Part shown: positions 11,717 through 22,816 of the stretch, in pieces | Layout of the letters: each line of letters opens with the position of its first letter | Numbering within the stretch: position 1 is the stretch's first letter | Assembly: GCA_000004985.1 (NCBI GenBank) | Contig: GG738882.1 | Reading direction: 5' to 3' (one strand) | Length of the DNA stretch: 64,000 bases | Origin: Naegleria gruberi | Lineage: Eukaryota | Notes under the pieces: generated by a model | Databases searched by the model: none | What the model was told of the DNA's origin: nothing | What the model saw: the letters and a program-made list of their open reading frames with translations, nothing else | Made by a program: the position numbers and the translations under genes

Positions 11717-12304
11717 TTTTTTAAAATTAACGACTGCGATGTTGACAGGAAGCTGTTCGAAACATCCAGACGTTTTCAATCATGATGATTATTTTTAATG
11801 GGAGAAAGACTGAATAACACCTCCTCCACCTTGGTATGAATGTTGATGTAAAGGGATGATAATTGTTTCAGTAAGGAGGGTGCTCTTTGGTAAGTAACTG
11901 ATGTTCAAGTCAATCTGTGAAATTGTGTTAATGTCCTGCCAATTATCCATCAGTAGTTACCTCACTTACCTAGATGGTTAACAATGGAGATGATTGAAAT
12001 GTGTTATACCAAGAACGAGGAGATGCCCAATTAGAAAAAGTTAGAGAATGGGAAGTGCTTACTGAAATTCAATTCATTGATGTGCGAAGTGCCAATAAAT
12101 TTATTCATATTGTGCCTTGTTGCTCTTTAGATTATGATTTTACTTTAACTCTCTGTTGTGTTGTAAAGTAAACAATCATATCAATATTCATTCTTTTCAT
12201 CAATAACAATACTAGTTAATCCATATTATTAAATATTAAATCCATCAACTCTTCCGATAATTGATTATCAAAGCAAGTGTGTTGGAAATTATTTCCGAAG
12301 AGAA

Positions 12305-12553
12305 TTAAAGAGTAAAGTGCGATTTGCCTTGATTCAAGTCTTTTCCAACATGTGCATAGGATTTCAATCTTTCCAAGCCTCCTCTTGCTTCACCAATTTT
12401 ATTGTGAAGCTTTTTTGGATTGGTTTCATTCTTGTAGGCTCTGAATTCTTCACGGATGGCTTGAATCATTCCATCCTTTCTCATGCTCGGATAGTATTTC
12501 ATGTTTTTGAGCAAATTCCGATAGAGTGAGAGAATTTCTTGCTTGTTGGACAT
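12305..12553 (-). CDS. LYR-motif (Complex1_LYR family) small protein
   Basis: 82-aa ORF starting EILSLYRNLLKNMKYYP. This is the L-Y-R/K motif pattern of LYRM/ISD11-like proteins. Confidence 0.55.
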   Translation of the reverse strand: MSNKQEILSLYRNLLKNMKYYPSMRKDGMIQAIREEFRAYKNETNPKKLHNKIGEARGGLERLKSYAHVGKDLNQGKSHFTL

Positions 12554-12722
12554 TTTTTAAAGATTTTAAATAATATTATTTATTATGTAAATATTTGGAT
12601 ATTTAATTGTTTAATTTCAAACATTAAATAATAAACCCTTAATTACTATAAAGATACAATTTTGAGCTTTGTTACTTTTGTGAATTATGCAATCATTAAG
12701 AAATGTTCAAAATGCCAAAAGA

Positions 12723-12803
12723 GAAAATCTATCGCGATCTACAGGACTCGAACCTGTGCGGGTCTCCCCAATTGATTTCTAGTCAATCACCTTAACCACT
12801 CGG
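12723..12803 (-). tRNA. tRNA-Ser (anticodon AGA)
   Basis: The reverse complement folds as a cloverleaf: acceptor GCGGTCT/AGATCGC, D-arm AGTGGTTAAGG, anticodon loop CTAGAAA, long variable arm, T-arm ACAGGTTCGAGTCCTGT. Confidence 0.85.
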
Positions 12804-13038
12804 TCAAGACCGCTTTACGATAATTGTGATAATCTTCAATTCACCACTAATAAGCCTATTAATTCTTTGCTGACAAGTCGCACACCAAAACAAGTCCATG
12901 AATGACGTGTGCGATAGAGAGATCATCTTAAATCCATTACATTCTTTTAAAACTGTATCGATCTTTCATCAATGACCTTAAGTCGTCTTCAATTTGTCTT
13001 CAATCAACACATCAATCTTTCAAAAAAAAACATCATCA

Positions 13039-14622
13039 ATGCCTCCACCAAAAAGAACTGATGCTCAACCAGCAACAACAACTACCACCACTGTTAAGAA
13101 GGTAGTTTCTGCAACTAATGATGATGTCTCTGGACCAGGTTAGTTTCGAATAGTTTCTAAACTTTCTTATTCTTCTTGTGTTAAAAAATTGTTGATTAAT
13201 TGCTTGCAATGTTAATGTTGTTGATTATGATTTCGTACAAACATTTAGTCATTGTTATCGATCTTGGAGCATATGTAAGTTTCCACATTTATTGCAATTT
13301 AAAACTAAACTATTCTAAACTTAATCTTAACATTTAATATTTTAATATTTTAATATCATCATCAACACATTAATCTTTGATCAACATCATCACAATAATA
13401 CAACAACAACAACAAACTAAACCTTTCCAATAACAATAATAATAACAACAAACTAATCTAAATATACAATCTTACACAACAAAAATAGGAAACCAAAGTA
13501 GCCATGTCAGATAAACCTGATCAAGTCATTTCCTTCCCAACTGTTGTTGCCTATCCACTTGATAAACTTAAATCACTTTCAGTTTCAGATTATCTCGTTG
13601 GAGAACAAGCTCTTAAAAAAGTTCGTACCAGCTCTAAAAAGAAAGATTCATCTGAAAGTTATGCTCTCAGATATCCAATTCAGAGAGGACTCATTATGGA
13701 TTGGGAACAAGTGGAAGCAATTTTAACATTTGCTTTCGAACAAGTTCAAAAAGATCCATCTCTCTTTCCAGTTGTAATTGGAATTCCTGGAAATTTAATG
13801 CCACAAGATCATATTGAAAGTATTGCTGAATTATTGTTTGAAATTTTCAGAGTGAAACACATTTACTTTGATTTACCAAGTGTTTTATCATTTAGAGGTG
13901 TTTCTCAAAAGGAAAAGAATGGATTGAGTGTTGAATCTGGAAGTGCATTGACCTATGTTACTCCAATTATTGATGGAAAAGCTCAATATGGATTAACACG
14001 TAAATTTACCTTATCTGGACAAGATGCTACTAAATATACAATTTCAATTATTGCTAAATCTGGATTTGCAATTGATGCTGCAGATGAATATCGTGTTGCT
14101 CAACACATAAAGACACAAATGGCCTACACTTGTAAGAATTTGAAAACTGAATTCGAATTGTTTGGAAAGAATCCTGCCGATTTCAAACAAGAATTAGAAA
14201 TGAGTGGAGAAAAGATGAATCTCGATAAGGAATGTTTCCTCATTCCAGAAATTATGTTTGAACCAAGCTTAACTGGTATCACTCAAAGTGAAGTTTCCAA
14301 TTTACCTCTCACAATATTCGAAACTGCCAAATTAGCTGCTGATGAAGATTTGAATTTGTTAGGCAAATTACTTTCCAACATTGTCATTGGTGGTGGTAAT
14401 TTATTATTTAATGGAATGTCTGAAAGAATTGAATCTGAATTGAAAGATATTGTAAAGAAGAGCAAAGTTAAAGCAGCTGTCAAAGTTCAAGCAAGTCGTG
14501 GTGAAGATTCTTTTGGACCTGTCATTGGTGGTGCTGTTTGGTCTGAAAAGAATGTTAAGGATATTGATTGGTTGACTAGAAATGAATACAAACAAAGTGG
14601 TGTTACTAAATTCTTTAAATAA
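13039..14622 (+). CDS. actin-related protein (Arp11/Arp10-like, dynactin-type), 3 exons
   Basis: Exons approx 13039..13138, 13249..13274 (VIVIDLGAY), 13489..14622. The actin-fold N-terminal motif VIDLG matches human Arp11 (VVIDLGEAF). C-terminal NIVIGGGNLLFNGMSERI corresponds to the actin LSGGTTM region. Donors are CAG|GTTAGT and TAT|GTAAGT. Confidence 0.7.
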
Positions 14623-14872
14623 ATGAATTCATTTGGTGAAGAAATTATTTATTTAAATGGATGTGTTTCTATTAGTTGATTGGAATAGTTTGGTTTCTTT
14701 TTGTTTCGAACAAATTGGATAGTACGAAACATAATGTTGTTAAAAGGAATCGGAGAACTTGAATTTTATAGGAAATACTGAAAGCATTGCGCCAATAATG
14801 AATTTGCAAGAAATTTAATTTTATTTACATTACTTTCGAATATATTATTTTACATCAATTTACACCACAAAC

Positions 14873-15259
14873 TCATGGCAAACACTTTCCAAAATCAATT
14901 GGCGTCACAACCACATGCAATTTCGCATCTGTTTCACTATCTTGCAAATTCAACCACAAGTCATTTGTCTGTCCCATCATGAAATTCGAAAAATTGACAA
15001 TTTTACATTTTCCCAATGGATCATCCTTTGAAAATCGATCCCAATCTTTCACAGTAAATTGCAAAGTATCAAGTTTTGGATTTTCCAGATCGATAATAAA
15101 TTCTTCATTCCAAACTGGGTTTAAATTCTTCTTGATGACTTTAGTTTTGAGGATTTTCTTGTCGTTGGAGGCTTGTATTTCAACGTATGGATCACTGCTG
15201 GTAATGTCAGCGATCATTAAATTATGAGCTTCGACAATTTCAAGTTTGATTGTTGGCAT
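14873..15259 (-). CDS. C2 domain protein (128 aa)
   Basis: SDPYVEIQ...KTKVIKKNLNPVWNEEF is the classic C2 Ca/lipid-binding signature. Confidence 0.75.
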   Translation of the reverse strand: MPTIKLEIVEAHNLMIADITSSDPYVEIQASNDKKILKTKVIKKNLNPVWNEEFIIDLENPKLDTLQFTVKDWDRFSKDDPLGKCKIVNFSNFMMGQTNDLWLNLQDSETDAKLHVVVTPIDFGKCLP

Positions 15260-16051
15260 TTTTTTTTATGTATTGTTTGATTGATGTTTGGCACTTTGAG
15301 GTTTGTTTTGGTAATTTAAAAGCCTCCAAGGGGAAACTAAATGTGATATTATTTGATTGATTTGATGAACTGGAGTTCAGTTTACTTCAGTTTATTTTCA
15401 GTTAAACTTTTGTTTTTTTTACTTTGAGAAATTAAGATTGAGAAAATGATGCAACTTTTATTTCATCTGATGAAGAAGTTGTTTAGAATAGTTTGAGGAA
15501 TGAAGTGTGTGAGGAAGTAATGAGGAATAGGTAAGAAAGTTGAAACCTTTCGAATAAAATGTAAGAAGGATTAAAAGGCAGTAAATGATAGAATAGTTAA
15601 TGCGTTTTTTTCCCCAGACATGCAACTTTTGAACACCATTTCTTTCAATTAACCTATTAATAATACTTTGAGCAGATTACTTTTAGTATCTTTCCTAATT
15701 TAGAAATTTAAATAATAATATTTTAATTAAAAATTCAAATTTAAAACACCATTTAACTCAACTTATTCAGCATTAAGTTTTATACAATGAATAAATCGCT
15801 AGTTTCACAAACTTGTCAAAAAAAATTATTAGAAACTCTTCAAACAAGTTTCGAGTAGACAGCTTTCAAAATAAATGAGAACTTTCACTCTTTCCAACTA
15901 GCCTTACTAGTAATTGGTCTGAGAACTTGTTAGCTCGAACTCTAAACTTTCACATTTCAAAATCATTTAAGAGTTGGTTGACCAACAGTTTTTTTGCCGA
16001 TAAAAGAGTTCACAATATAGATCATTTAAAAAATTAGCGTACACAATTGAT

Positions 16052-17615
16052 ATGCGTTCAGTGTTATTCTTTGTATTGTTGCTTGTCTTACTGACAAGTT
16101 GCTGTGTCAAAAGCCAAATTTAATTGTCAAGCCATCAAGAACTACTGGAACAGCTCCTTTAGCAGTACATTTTGATGCTACTGCTACTACACTCCCAGGA
16201 AAAGATGCATTCCGTGATATTACCTATTCTTTTGATTTTGGAGATGTCAACTCTGGCAATTGGTCAACTGACGGAAAATCAAAGAATACTCAAATAGGTG
16301 GACCAATTTCTGCTCATGTTTATGATAATGCTGGAACATACACTGTTTGGATTCGTGCCAGTGCTCCTGGTTACTACTATTCAGATGTCACTTTAACCAA
16401 TCCAAATGTTGACTTTGCTGGAAACAAAACTGTTTGTGTTTCAACGAGTGGAAATTATAATTCATGTCCGAGTGGTGCTCTCAAACAGAAAACCATCCCA
16501 ACAGGAACTGAATGGTCAGGTAAAAGATGGTTATTAAGAAGAGGCGAAACTTTTGACGAAATTGCAATTCAGGATGGAAATTCGAATGTGCAAGTGGGTG
16601 CATTTGGATCAGCAAGTCAACTGCCAATCGTTGCCAAAGTTGGAGTTGGATCTTGGCGTCCAGATACTCCTGATTTTCCAGTTGACATTTCAATTATGGA
16701 CCTGTCAATTCCAGGTGGCGTTTTAGATTCTCTTGGCAAGAGACATTTATTCTATAGAAATAACATTACTGGATGTGATAATGCACTTTGTGTTGGTTTT
16801 GGCGAACCTTATTATTGGATATTTGATGATCCTTATAGAAGAATTCCAATTTCTTCATTTTACAATCCTCAAGAATTCTTCTACGTCGACAATATTGCAG
16901 TTGGTAATACAGCAACTACACAGGGAAATTTCTTTGGGTCCATTGCTAAATCTGCATTTATGGGAAACTATGCTAAGTATACGAAATTTCACAATATGAG
17001 ATGCACCCAATGTTACAAAACTTTCTTTGGACATAATCATTTTGCTGGGGTTTCAATTGATGGAGGATACCACTCTTTTAAAATGCATTCAGGTGCAAGG
17101 CTACCTTGTCAACTAATGGTTGGATTACTCAATTTAATGTCATTTCGAATAACATTTTGGGAAGCTTGCAGGATAACAATGTTTGGGGTTCAATGATTTC
17201 TCCTCAAAATGGTGCATATCCAGAACGTATTACTGATATAATTATTGAAAATAATCAATATATTATTCATAGAAATGATCAATATGATTTGATCTTGTCA
17301 GCAAGAAATGTCACTTACAGAGCTAATACTAGAAGTGATGGTAAATCAGCTGCTGTCATGTTTGGACCTCATGGAGAAGCTCTTCCAGCTTATTGGTTAG
17401 GACCGTATTACACTACTAATACTCCTGTTGTAAATGTGACAGCTTCAACTTCAAATGTCACTCCTATTAAAAGTAGTCAACCAACAGCAGCGAATAGTGG
17501 TGTGAAAGGTAGTGGAAGTACTTCAAGTGAAAGAGTTGGAGAATCGAATGGAAATTTTGCTTGTTCCGTAATGTTATTGCTGTTGATAAGTTTAATTTTC
17601 ATTATCCAGTTTTAA
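16052..17615 (+). CDS. secreted PKD-domain / parallel beta-helix protein with GPI-anchor-like C-terminus; reading frame broken twice (frameshifted CDS, possible pseudogene or assembly indels)
   Basis: ATG at 16052 encodes the signal peptide MRSVLFFVLLLVLLTSCC but stops at 16121. The long ORF 16099..17196 runs in another frame and carries a PKD domain (TAPLAVHFDATAT...YSFDFGD). A third frame, 17082..17615, continues the beta-helix-like repeats and ends in the hydrophobic tail SNGNFACSVMLLLLISLIFIIQF. The breaks fall near A-run 16109-16112 and T/A run 17077-17083. Confidence 0.55.
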
Positions 17616-17630
17616 GTCAATTGATTCAAT

Positions 17631-18542
17631 TCAATTATAAACTTTAATATATTTACTATTTCCTCCACATAAAAGTAAATGACCATTTCTTTTATCAATT
17701 CTCAAATGAGATCCATAAACTAAATATTCCTTAATTAGTTCGACATTATTTTCAGTCATTTGAAATACACTTAATGAGCTAGGTCCCAAAATTATCATAT
17801 TCGAATCATCAAATGTGAGACATGAAATAAAATCATCGCTTTCTATCTGTTTCTTTTCTATAATTTTTGAAAAGTCTTCATTAAATTTCAATATATGTAC
17901 AATTCCCAAATTATTATCCGAAACACATAAACACGAAAACTCATAATTAAATTTGAAATCAGCAATTTCCAAAGGAAAATCATAAATTAATGTCGAAATG
18001 ACTTGTCCATTTGCTGAATTTAGTATAGAAAGCATTTTCTTATCTGAATTTACAACAAATAGAAACGAATTCATATTCGAAACGTCAACTATTCTTCCTA
18101 CTTTTTTAACTTCCCAAACTGGATTGATCAATTCATTAGATTCACTCAATAACACCCTATCCAATGAATAACAGCATACAGATTGATCATCATTCGAAAT
18201 AAACAAATTACAAATTCCATTTTTTCTTTCCTCAATTAAAAACTCGAAAAATTCCACAAATTTAAATTTTCGAATTAATTTTCTGGTTTTCATATTGAGA
18301 AATTTCAATTTTTTACCATATTTTCCAATAATTAAATTTAGCGTGTAGCAAATTTCAAATTCTTTAATTTTCATTCCATAAAATTGATCTTGCAATTGGC
18401 ATTGATAGGAAAATTTTGTTTCGATTGGTTTCGTCAACTTTTCCATGAATTTTTCTTTCATAGACGATTCACCATTTTGCCAAATCCTTCTAGATTCCGA
18501 TAATAATTCGCAGCAACAAACAACCTTCTCACTTTTTGACAT
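17631..18542 (-). CDS. hypothetical protein (303 aa)
   Basis: Complete ATG ORF. No recognisable motifs. Confidence 0.4.
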   Translation of the reverse strand: MSKSEKVVCCCELLSESRRIWQNGESSMKEKFMEKLTKPIETKFSYQCQLQDQFYGMKIKEFEICYTLNLIIGKYGKKLKFLNMKTRKLIRKFKFVEFFEFLIEERKNGICNLFISNDDQSVCCYSLDRVLLSESNELINPVWEVKKVGRIVDVSNMNSFLFVVNSDKKMLSILNSANGQVISTLIYDFPLEIADFKFNYEFSCLCVSDNNLGIVHILKFNEDFSKIIEKKQIESDDFISCLTFDDSNMIILGPSSLSVFQMTENNVELIKEYLVYGSHLRIDKRNGHLLLCGGNSKYIKVYN

Positions 18543-18830
18543 TTTGTTAAAATTAAAAATTAATTATGTTTTGATTAAAATTTCTTACAATACAAACCAC
18601 CAAACTACATAATTTGAGGATCAGATACTTTTGATTGAATATAAAATTCCAATTAGATTGTTTTTTGAAAGAGAAATGGTGGGTACCCACTTTTGCTTAA
18701 CCAATTACTCAATTATTACTGTTAGGTCAGTACCAATCCAATTACATATATTTGTGTGTTTCTAATTAAGAAATGCATAAATAGCAAGAAAAAAAACACA
18801 AAGATCTACATTGATCCATCTTGTTTGAAA

Positions 18831-19553
18831 ATGCAACAACACAATTCCTATCAAACTGTTTGCATTCCAATTGATATTTGCACAAATCAATTTTGTTCTG
18901 AATTCGTGCTGCCACTTGTCAATAGAGTTGATCCAAATCAATTCCGTTCGACAATTGATAACTGTTCCTCTATCTTACAGAAACACATTCCAAGAATCAG
19001 TAGAGACTCCCATAAGATGCTAGTTTTCCTAACCGCACTGTCAGGTGTCTTTTTACTTTTGGCATTTATTGCTCTTGTTATAGTATTTGTAATTCCACAT
19101 GAATATTTCTGGCTTCCAGTAATTCCAATGCCATTCTTTATGATTATTCCAATGGTTGTCTGTTTTGTGTCCTCTAAACGTAATGATTCCAATGTGAGAA
19201 TGATTAATTTCGAATGCAAAATGGAATTAGAAAGGTTTCTTCGAAGTGAAAATGATTCGTATTATTTACAATGTGGAGTTCAGTGGATTTTGAGATACGA
19301 TATGTTTTCAGATGAGGAGAATGCTGAAAATGCTTATAATCATTTGGGAAAAATTCCATACTTGGAATTATTAATTATGGATCGACCAATGGTTCATAAA
19401 AATCCACAAAATGATGGAAGTAAATTGGTTCAACAAGATTTTGGTCAACCAATTGCAGTATATAATGTTGAACAAGAACCTAATGGTGTAATTTATCAAC
19501 AACAAGAAATGAATTCGTACGAAAAGGAAAATGATCAAGAACAATTGCTATAG
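18831..19553 (+). CDS. hypothetical membrane protein with two predicted TM helices
   Basis: First ATG is at 18831; the ORF track start at 18756 is a GTG. Hydrophobic segments MLVFLTALSGVFLLLAFIALVIVFVI and LPVIPMPFFMIIPMVVCFV. Confidence 0.4.
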   Translation: MQQHNSYQTVCIPIDICTNQFCSEFVLPLVNRVDPNQFRSTIDNCSSILQKHIPRISRDSHKMLVFLTALSGVFLLLAFIALVIVFVIPHEYFWLPVIPMPFFMIIPMVVCFVSSKRNDSNVRMINFECKMELERFLRSENDSYYLQCGVQWILRYDMFSDEENAENAYNHLGKIPYLELLIMDRPMVHKNPQNDGSKLVQQDFGQPIAVYNVEQEPNGVIYQQQEMNSYEKENDQEQLL

Positions 19554-19676
19554 TCAATCTTAATATAATTGGAATAATAAAACTCTTGCAGGTTGTGTTT
19601 AGATTTCTAAGGATTCAGAAATAACCTTAATCATGGACTATCATTATTAATAAGAAATGTTTTATTTTAAGCATAA

Positions 19677-19749
19677 GTACCCTTGGCTCAATTGGAAGAG
19701 CATCGGCCTACGGAGCCGGGGGTTGTGGGTTCGAGTCCCACAGGGTATA
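19677..19749 (+). tRNA. tRNA-Arg (anticodon ACG)
   Basis: Cloverleaf: acceptor GTACCCT/AGGGTAT, D-arm GCTCAATTGGAAGAGC, anticodon loop CTACGGA, T-arm GTGGGTTCGAGTCCCAC. Followed by the T7 run 19753-19759. Confidence 0.85.
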
Positions 19750-19787
19750 ACTTTTTTTATGTTATTAATATTATTTTCCCATTTTAT

Positions 19788-20438
19788 TTAAACACATTCA
19801 TAACTTGTCTTATCTTCACAGAAATTGGTCTTTCCATTGTAAGCTCTGTACAATTTTCCACACTTTTCACCAGAGTATTCCTTAATACTGTAATGAGTTT
19901 GATTGCAAGTTCTATACCATCCATGATTGGATACCTCTTGTTCACACTTATCAATGGTCAATCCACTAATTCTAAACATTTTATCTTTCAATTCACAATC
20001 AACATCACTTTGTTCATATTCCAATACCCACAATAATTTTGGAAAGGCAGTAACTGCCAATTTTCCACAAAATTGAAAAGATGATCCTCCTTTCGAGTTG
20101 GAAGTGCATGGAACAGCTTCTAGCTTGTTAACTTTTTCACACTTGTTACAAGTGTCATCACAATGACTTTCTACAATACCAACATCACCATCACAATACG
20201 TCTTTTGATAGTATCTTCCTGCATTGACACAGGCAGCATTGGTGCTGGACAAGGCAGCTGGAAGTAAAGTTACCTGAGCGAGTGAATCGAGTGAACAACT
20301 TGGATGATCAAAAACATAGTCCTGAACGTAGTGATGTGTTTGATTGACAGGAAGGGAAGAAATAGAAATGATTAAAAGTGAATTGATCACAAGGAGAGAT
20401 AATAGGAGAGAAGAAGTGATGGTTTGCTTTTGAGACAT
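19788..20438 (-). CDS. secreted cysteine-rich protein (216 aa) with N-terminal signal peptide
   Basis: N-terminal hydrophobic signal sequence (SSLLLSLLVINSLLIISISS) and many Cys in the mature part. No family recognised. Confidence 0.5.
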   Translation of the reverse strand: MSQKQTITSSLLLSLLVINSLLIISISSLPVNQTHHYVQDYVFDHPSCSLDSLAQVTLLPAALSSTNAACVNAGRYYQKTYCDGDVGIVESHCDDTCNKCEKVNKLEAVPCTSNSKGGSSFQFCGKLAVTAFPKLLWVLEYEQSDVDCELKDKMFRISGLTIDKCEQEVSNHGWYRTCNQTHYSIKEYSGEKCGKLYRAYNGKTNFCEDKTSYECV

Positions 20439-20566
20439 TTTTTATTATCTATCTAACTTTGTAATGGAACCAAAGATATTCACACAAATTGACAAGCGGT
20501 ATTATTGAAGGAGTTCTATTAAAAATCTGAGATTTATTTACAGTTCAAGATGGTTCATGAAGTATC

Positions 20567-22603
20567 TTACAAATTATCAATTGTGACCTTGCCATGTTCT
20601 GGATGATTTGAAGGTAATGGGAAGGAGAAAACTTTGGAATAAAAGTAGAATTCACCATCCAATGACTTTTTGATATTTTCTGCCTTTCTGAAACCGTGTT
20701 GTTCTCCTTGGAATAATGTGTAAGAAACTGGTAATTTCTTCTCCTTAACTGCATTGTAAATCATTTCACTTTGATTTGGAGGAACAATCTTATCTTCATC
20801 ACCTTGGAAAATGATGAGTGGAACTCTGAGATTATCGACATGAGTAATTGGTGATCTTTCAATGTAAATTTCCTTTTCTTCAGGATATTTTCCAATTAAA
20901 TTATCCAAATATCTGGATTCGAATTTGTGAGTATCGTGTGCAAGAGCTTGCAAATCAGAAACACCATAATATGCAGCACCAGCTGAGAATACTTGCTTCT
21001 CAGGAGGAGAACACAAACAGGCAAATACTGTAAAACCACCTGCACTACCACCTGAAATACACAAACGCTTTGAATCAATTCTTCCTTGATCAGAAAGATA
21101 TTTGACACTATTATTCGAGTCGTCCACATCACTAATACCCCAAGTCTTGTGTAATCTGAATCTGTACTCTCTTCCATAACCAGTTGAGCCTGAATAGTCG
21201 ACATGCAATACACCAAAACCTCTTGAAGTCCAATATTGAGTCTTGTAGCTCAATGCTGTCATGACGCACGAGGTTGGACCACCGTGGATAAAGACAATGC
21301 AAGGAGGTTTTTCATTTTCTGGAGCAATATACTTTTCATTCTTTGGTGGATAAAAGTAAGCAAAGGCAGTTCTATTGAAACTTGTTGGGAATTCAATCAA
21401 TTCAGGGTGGGAGAAATTGTCTTGGGAGATGGTAATTTCAGCCGATTGTTTGACAAGTCTAATCTTTTGTTCCTCAATATCCAAATAGCAAATACTTGTT
21501 GGGAGGGATGGAGATGAAGCAATCAGGAATACCTTCTTTTTATCTGCTGAAAGAGCCAAAGATTTGAAGGAGGTAAATTGTGATTCCACTGCAGTCCACT
21601 TTCCTTCAGCAACAATGAAAACCTTTCCACTCAATGTACAAACAAATCTATCATCTCCAATAAGGACATAGGAAGAATTACCCAATTGCCACAATGGTCC
21701 TCCAATCTCAGTCTTTTCAATGTGAGTCATTAGATTTTCAGTCTTTCCACTTTCCAAACTATATCTCACAAGTGACCAGTATCCAGTTGGAAAATCAGTA
21801 ATGTAAAAGAGGAACTTTCCATCTGGTGAAAAGAGTGGTTCATTACAACTTTCCTCTTCACTCAAAGAAATCTTTCTACGAGTTGATTCAATTGGCTTAC
21901 TATCCTTATCGAGATCAACCATAAAAATTGCAGAATTATCCCATTGCATGTTTGGATGATTCCAAGCAATATAGGCCAATTTACTTCCATCTCTTGAAAC
22001 TTTAGGAGCAGCATAAAAATCCATTCCACTTGCCAATGTAATTGATTTTTCTTCATTACTCTTGGTTGACAAGGTGATAACACTATTTCTTGGCTCCTTT
22101 TCTCCAGTGACATGTTCTTCCTGAACAAAAACTAATCTTTCCCTTACTTCATCAACAAATCCATCACCAAATCTTACAGATGCATTTTCAGACAAGGAAA
22201 CCATCACAATATCACTCGATTCCTTTAAATTTACTTTCATCAATGCTTGATCTCTAAAATTCGAAAAGTAAACATCAGACTTGGAAGTAATCACGTGAGA
22301 CAATCCACCATATTCGTGAACTCTAGTTCTGGCAGAGTAGAAAATTGGACTCGTCTTGAAATCAGGAAATAAATCCTTCATCACCAATTGATCATCGGAT
22401 GAAGATTGGGATTTTTCAATAGAACACTCTACGAGAACACTTCTACCAGCCTCGCTTGGTCTCAACTCGACATAGACAAAAGTATTTGGATCGGAAGGAT
22501 GAGCAACAATATTGGAAAATCCAATACCAGACTCTGCAACCAAATCAGAAGAAATTGGTGAAATCCAGGAGCCGTATGGAGCAACAGTTTGATCTTGAGA
22601 CAT
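20567..22603 (-). CDS. S9 family serine peptidase (acylaminoacyl-peptidase / dipeptidyl-peptidase-like; beta-propeller + alpha/beta hydrolase)
   Basis: C-terminal hydrolase domain with the nucleophile motif GGSAGG and the upstream stretch IVFIHGGPTS. The N-terminal ~400 aa look like a beta-propeller. Confidence 0.8.
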   Translation of the reverse strand: MSQDQTVAPYGSWISPISSDLVAESGIGFSNIVAHPSDPNTFVYVELRPSEAGRSVLVECSIEKSQSSSDDQLVMKDLFPDFKTSPIFYSARTRVHEYGGLSHVITSKSDVYFSNFRDQALMKVNLKESSDIVMVSLSENASVRFGDGFVDEVRERLVFVQEEHVTGEKEPRNSVITLSTKSNEEKSITLASGMDFYAAPKVSRDGSKLAYIAWNHPNMQWDNSAIFMVDLDKDSKPIESTRRKISLSEEESCNEPLFSPDGKFLFYITDFPTGYWSLVRYSLESGKTENLMTHIEKTEIGGPLWQLGNSSYVLIGDDRFVCTLSGKVFIVAEGKWTAVESQFTSFKSLALSADKKKVFLIASSPSLPTSICYLDIEEQKIRLVKQSAEITISQDNFSHPELIEFPTSFNRTAFAYFYPPKNEKYIAPENEKPPCIVFIHGGPTSCVMTALSYKTQYWTSRGFGVLHVDYSGSTGYGREYRFRLHKTWGISDVDDSNNSVKYLSDQGRIDSKRLCISGGSAGGFTVFACLCSPPEKQVFSAGAAYYGVSDLQALAHDTHKFESRYLDNLIGKYPEEKEIYIERSPITHVDNLRVPLIIFQGDEDKIVPPNQSEMIYNAVKEKKLPVSYTLFQGEQHGFRKAENIKKSLDGEFYFYSKVFSFPLPSNHPEHGKVTIDNL

Positions 22604-22816
22604 TTTTTTAAATAGATTCTTTTCATGATCGGAGTTTATGATGGAGTTTTAAACTTGCACCTTAACAATTTATGAAGCTTGGAAATTTTGATCACCACAA
22701 TATTCTATTATCGATTGAGGAAAACCATTCAGGCTTACAAAAAGTGGCGCCAAAAATCAAATTAATAAGTCAAATAAAATACCTCGACTCCATCGATACT
22801 ACACTTAGCTTGGAAA
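22604..22816. promoter_or_regulatory. short divergent intergenic region between the S9 peptidase (-) and VPS4 (+) start codons (putative bidirectional promoter)
   Basis: Two ATG start codons diverge across a 213-bp AT-rich spacer. Confidence 0.35.

Noticed and set aside
11790-12300. Moderately GC-rich stretch with splice-donor/acceptor-like motifs between the LYR gene and the small GTPase gene
   Set aside because: No open frame >25 codons in any spliced combination I tried. Most likely 3' UTR/promoter sequence.
19683-20036. 117-aa + strand ORF starting inside tRNA-Arg
   Set aside because: It begins within the tRNA gene and runs antisense through the real minus-strand secreted-protein gene (19788..20438). 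Low-complexity hydrophobic translation; spurious.
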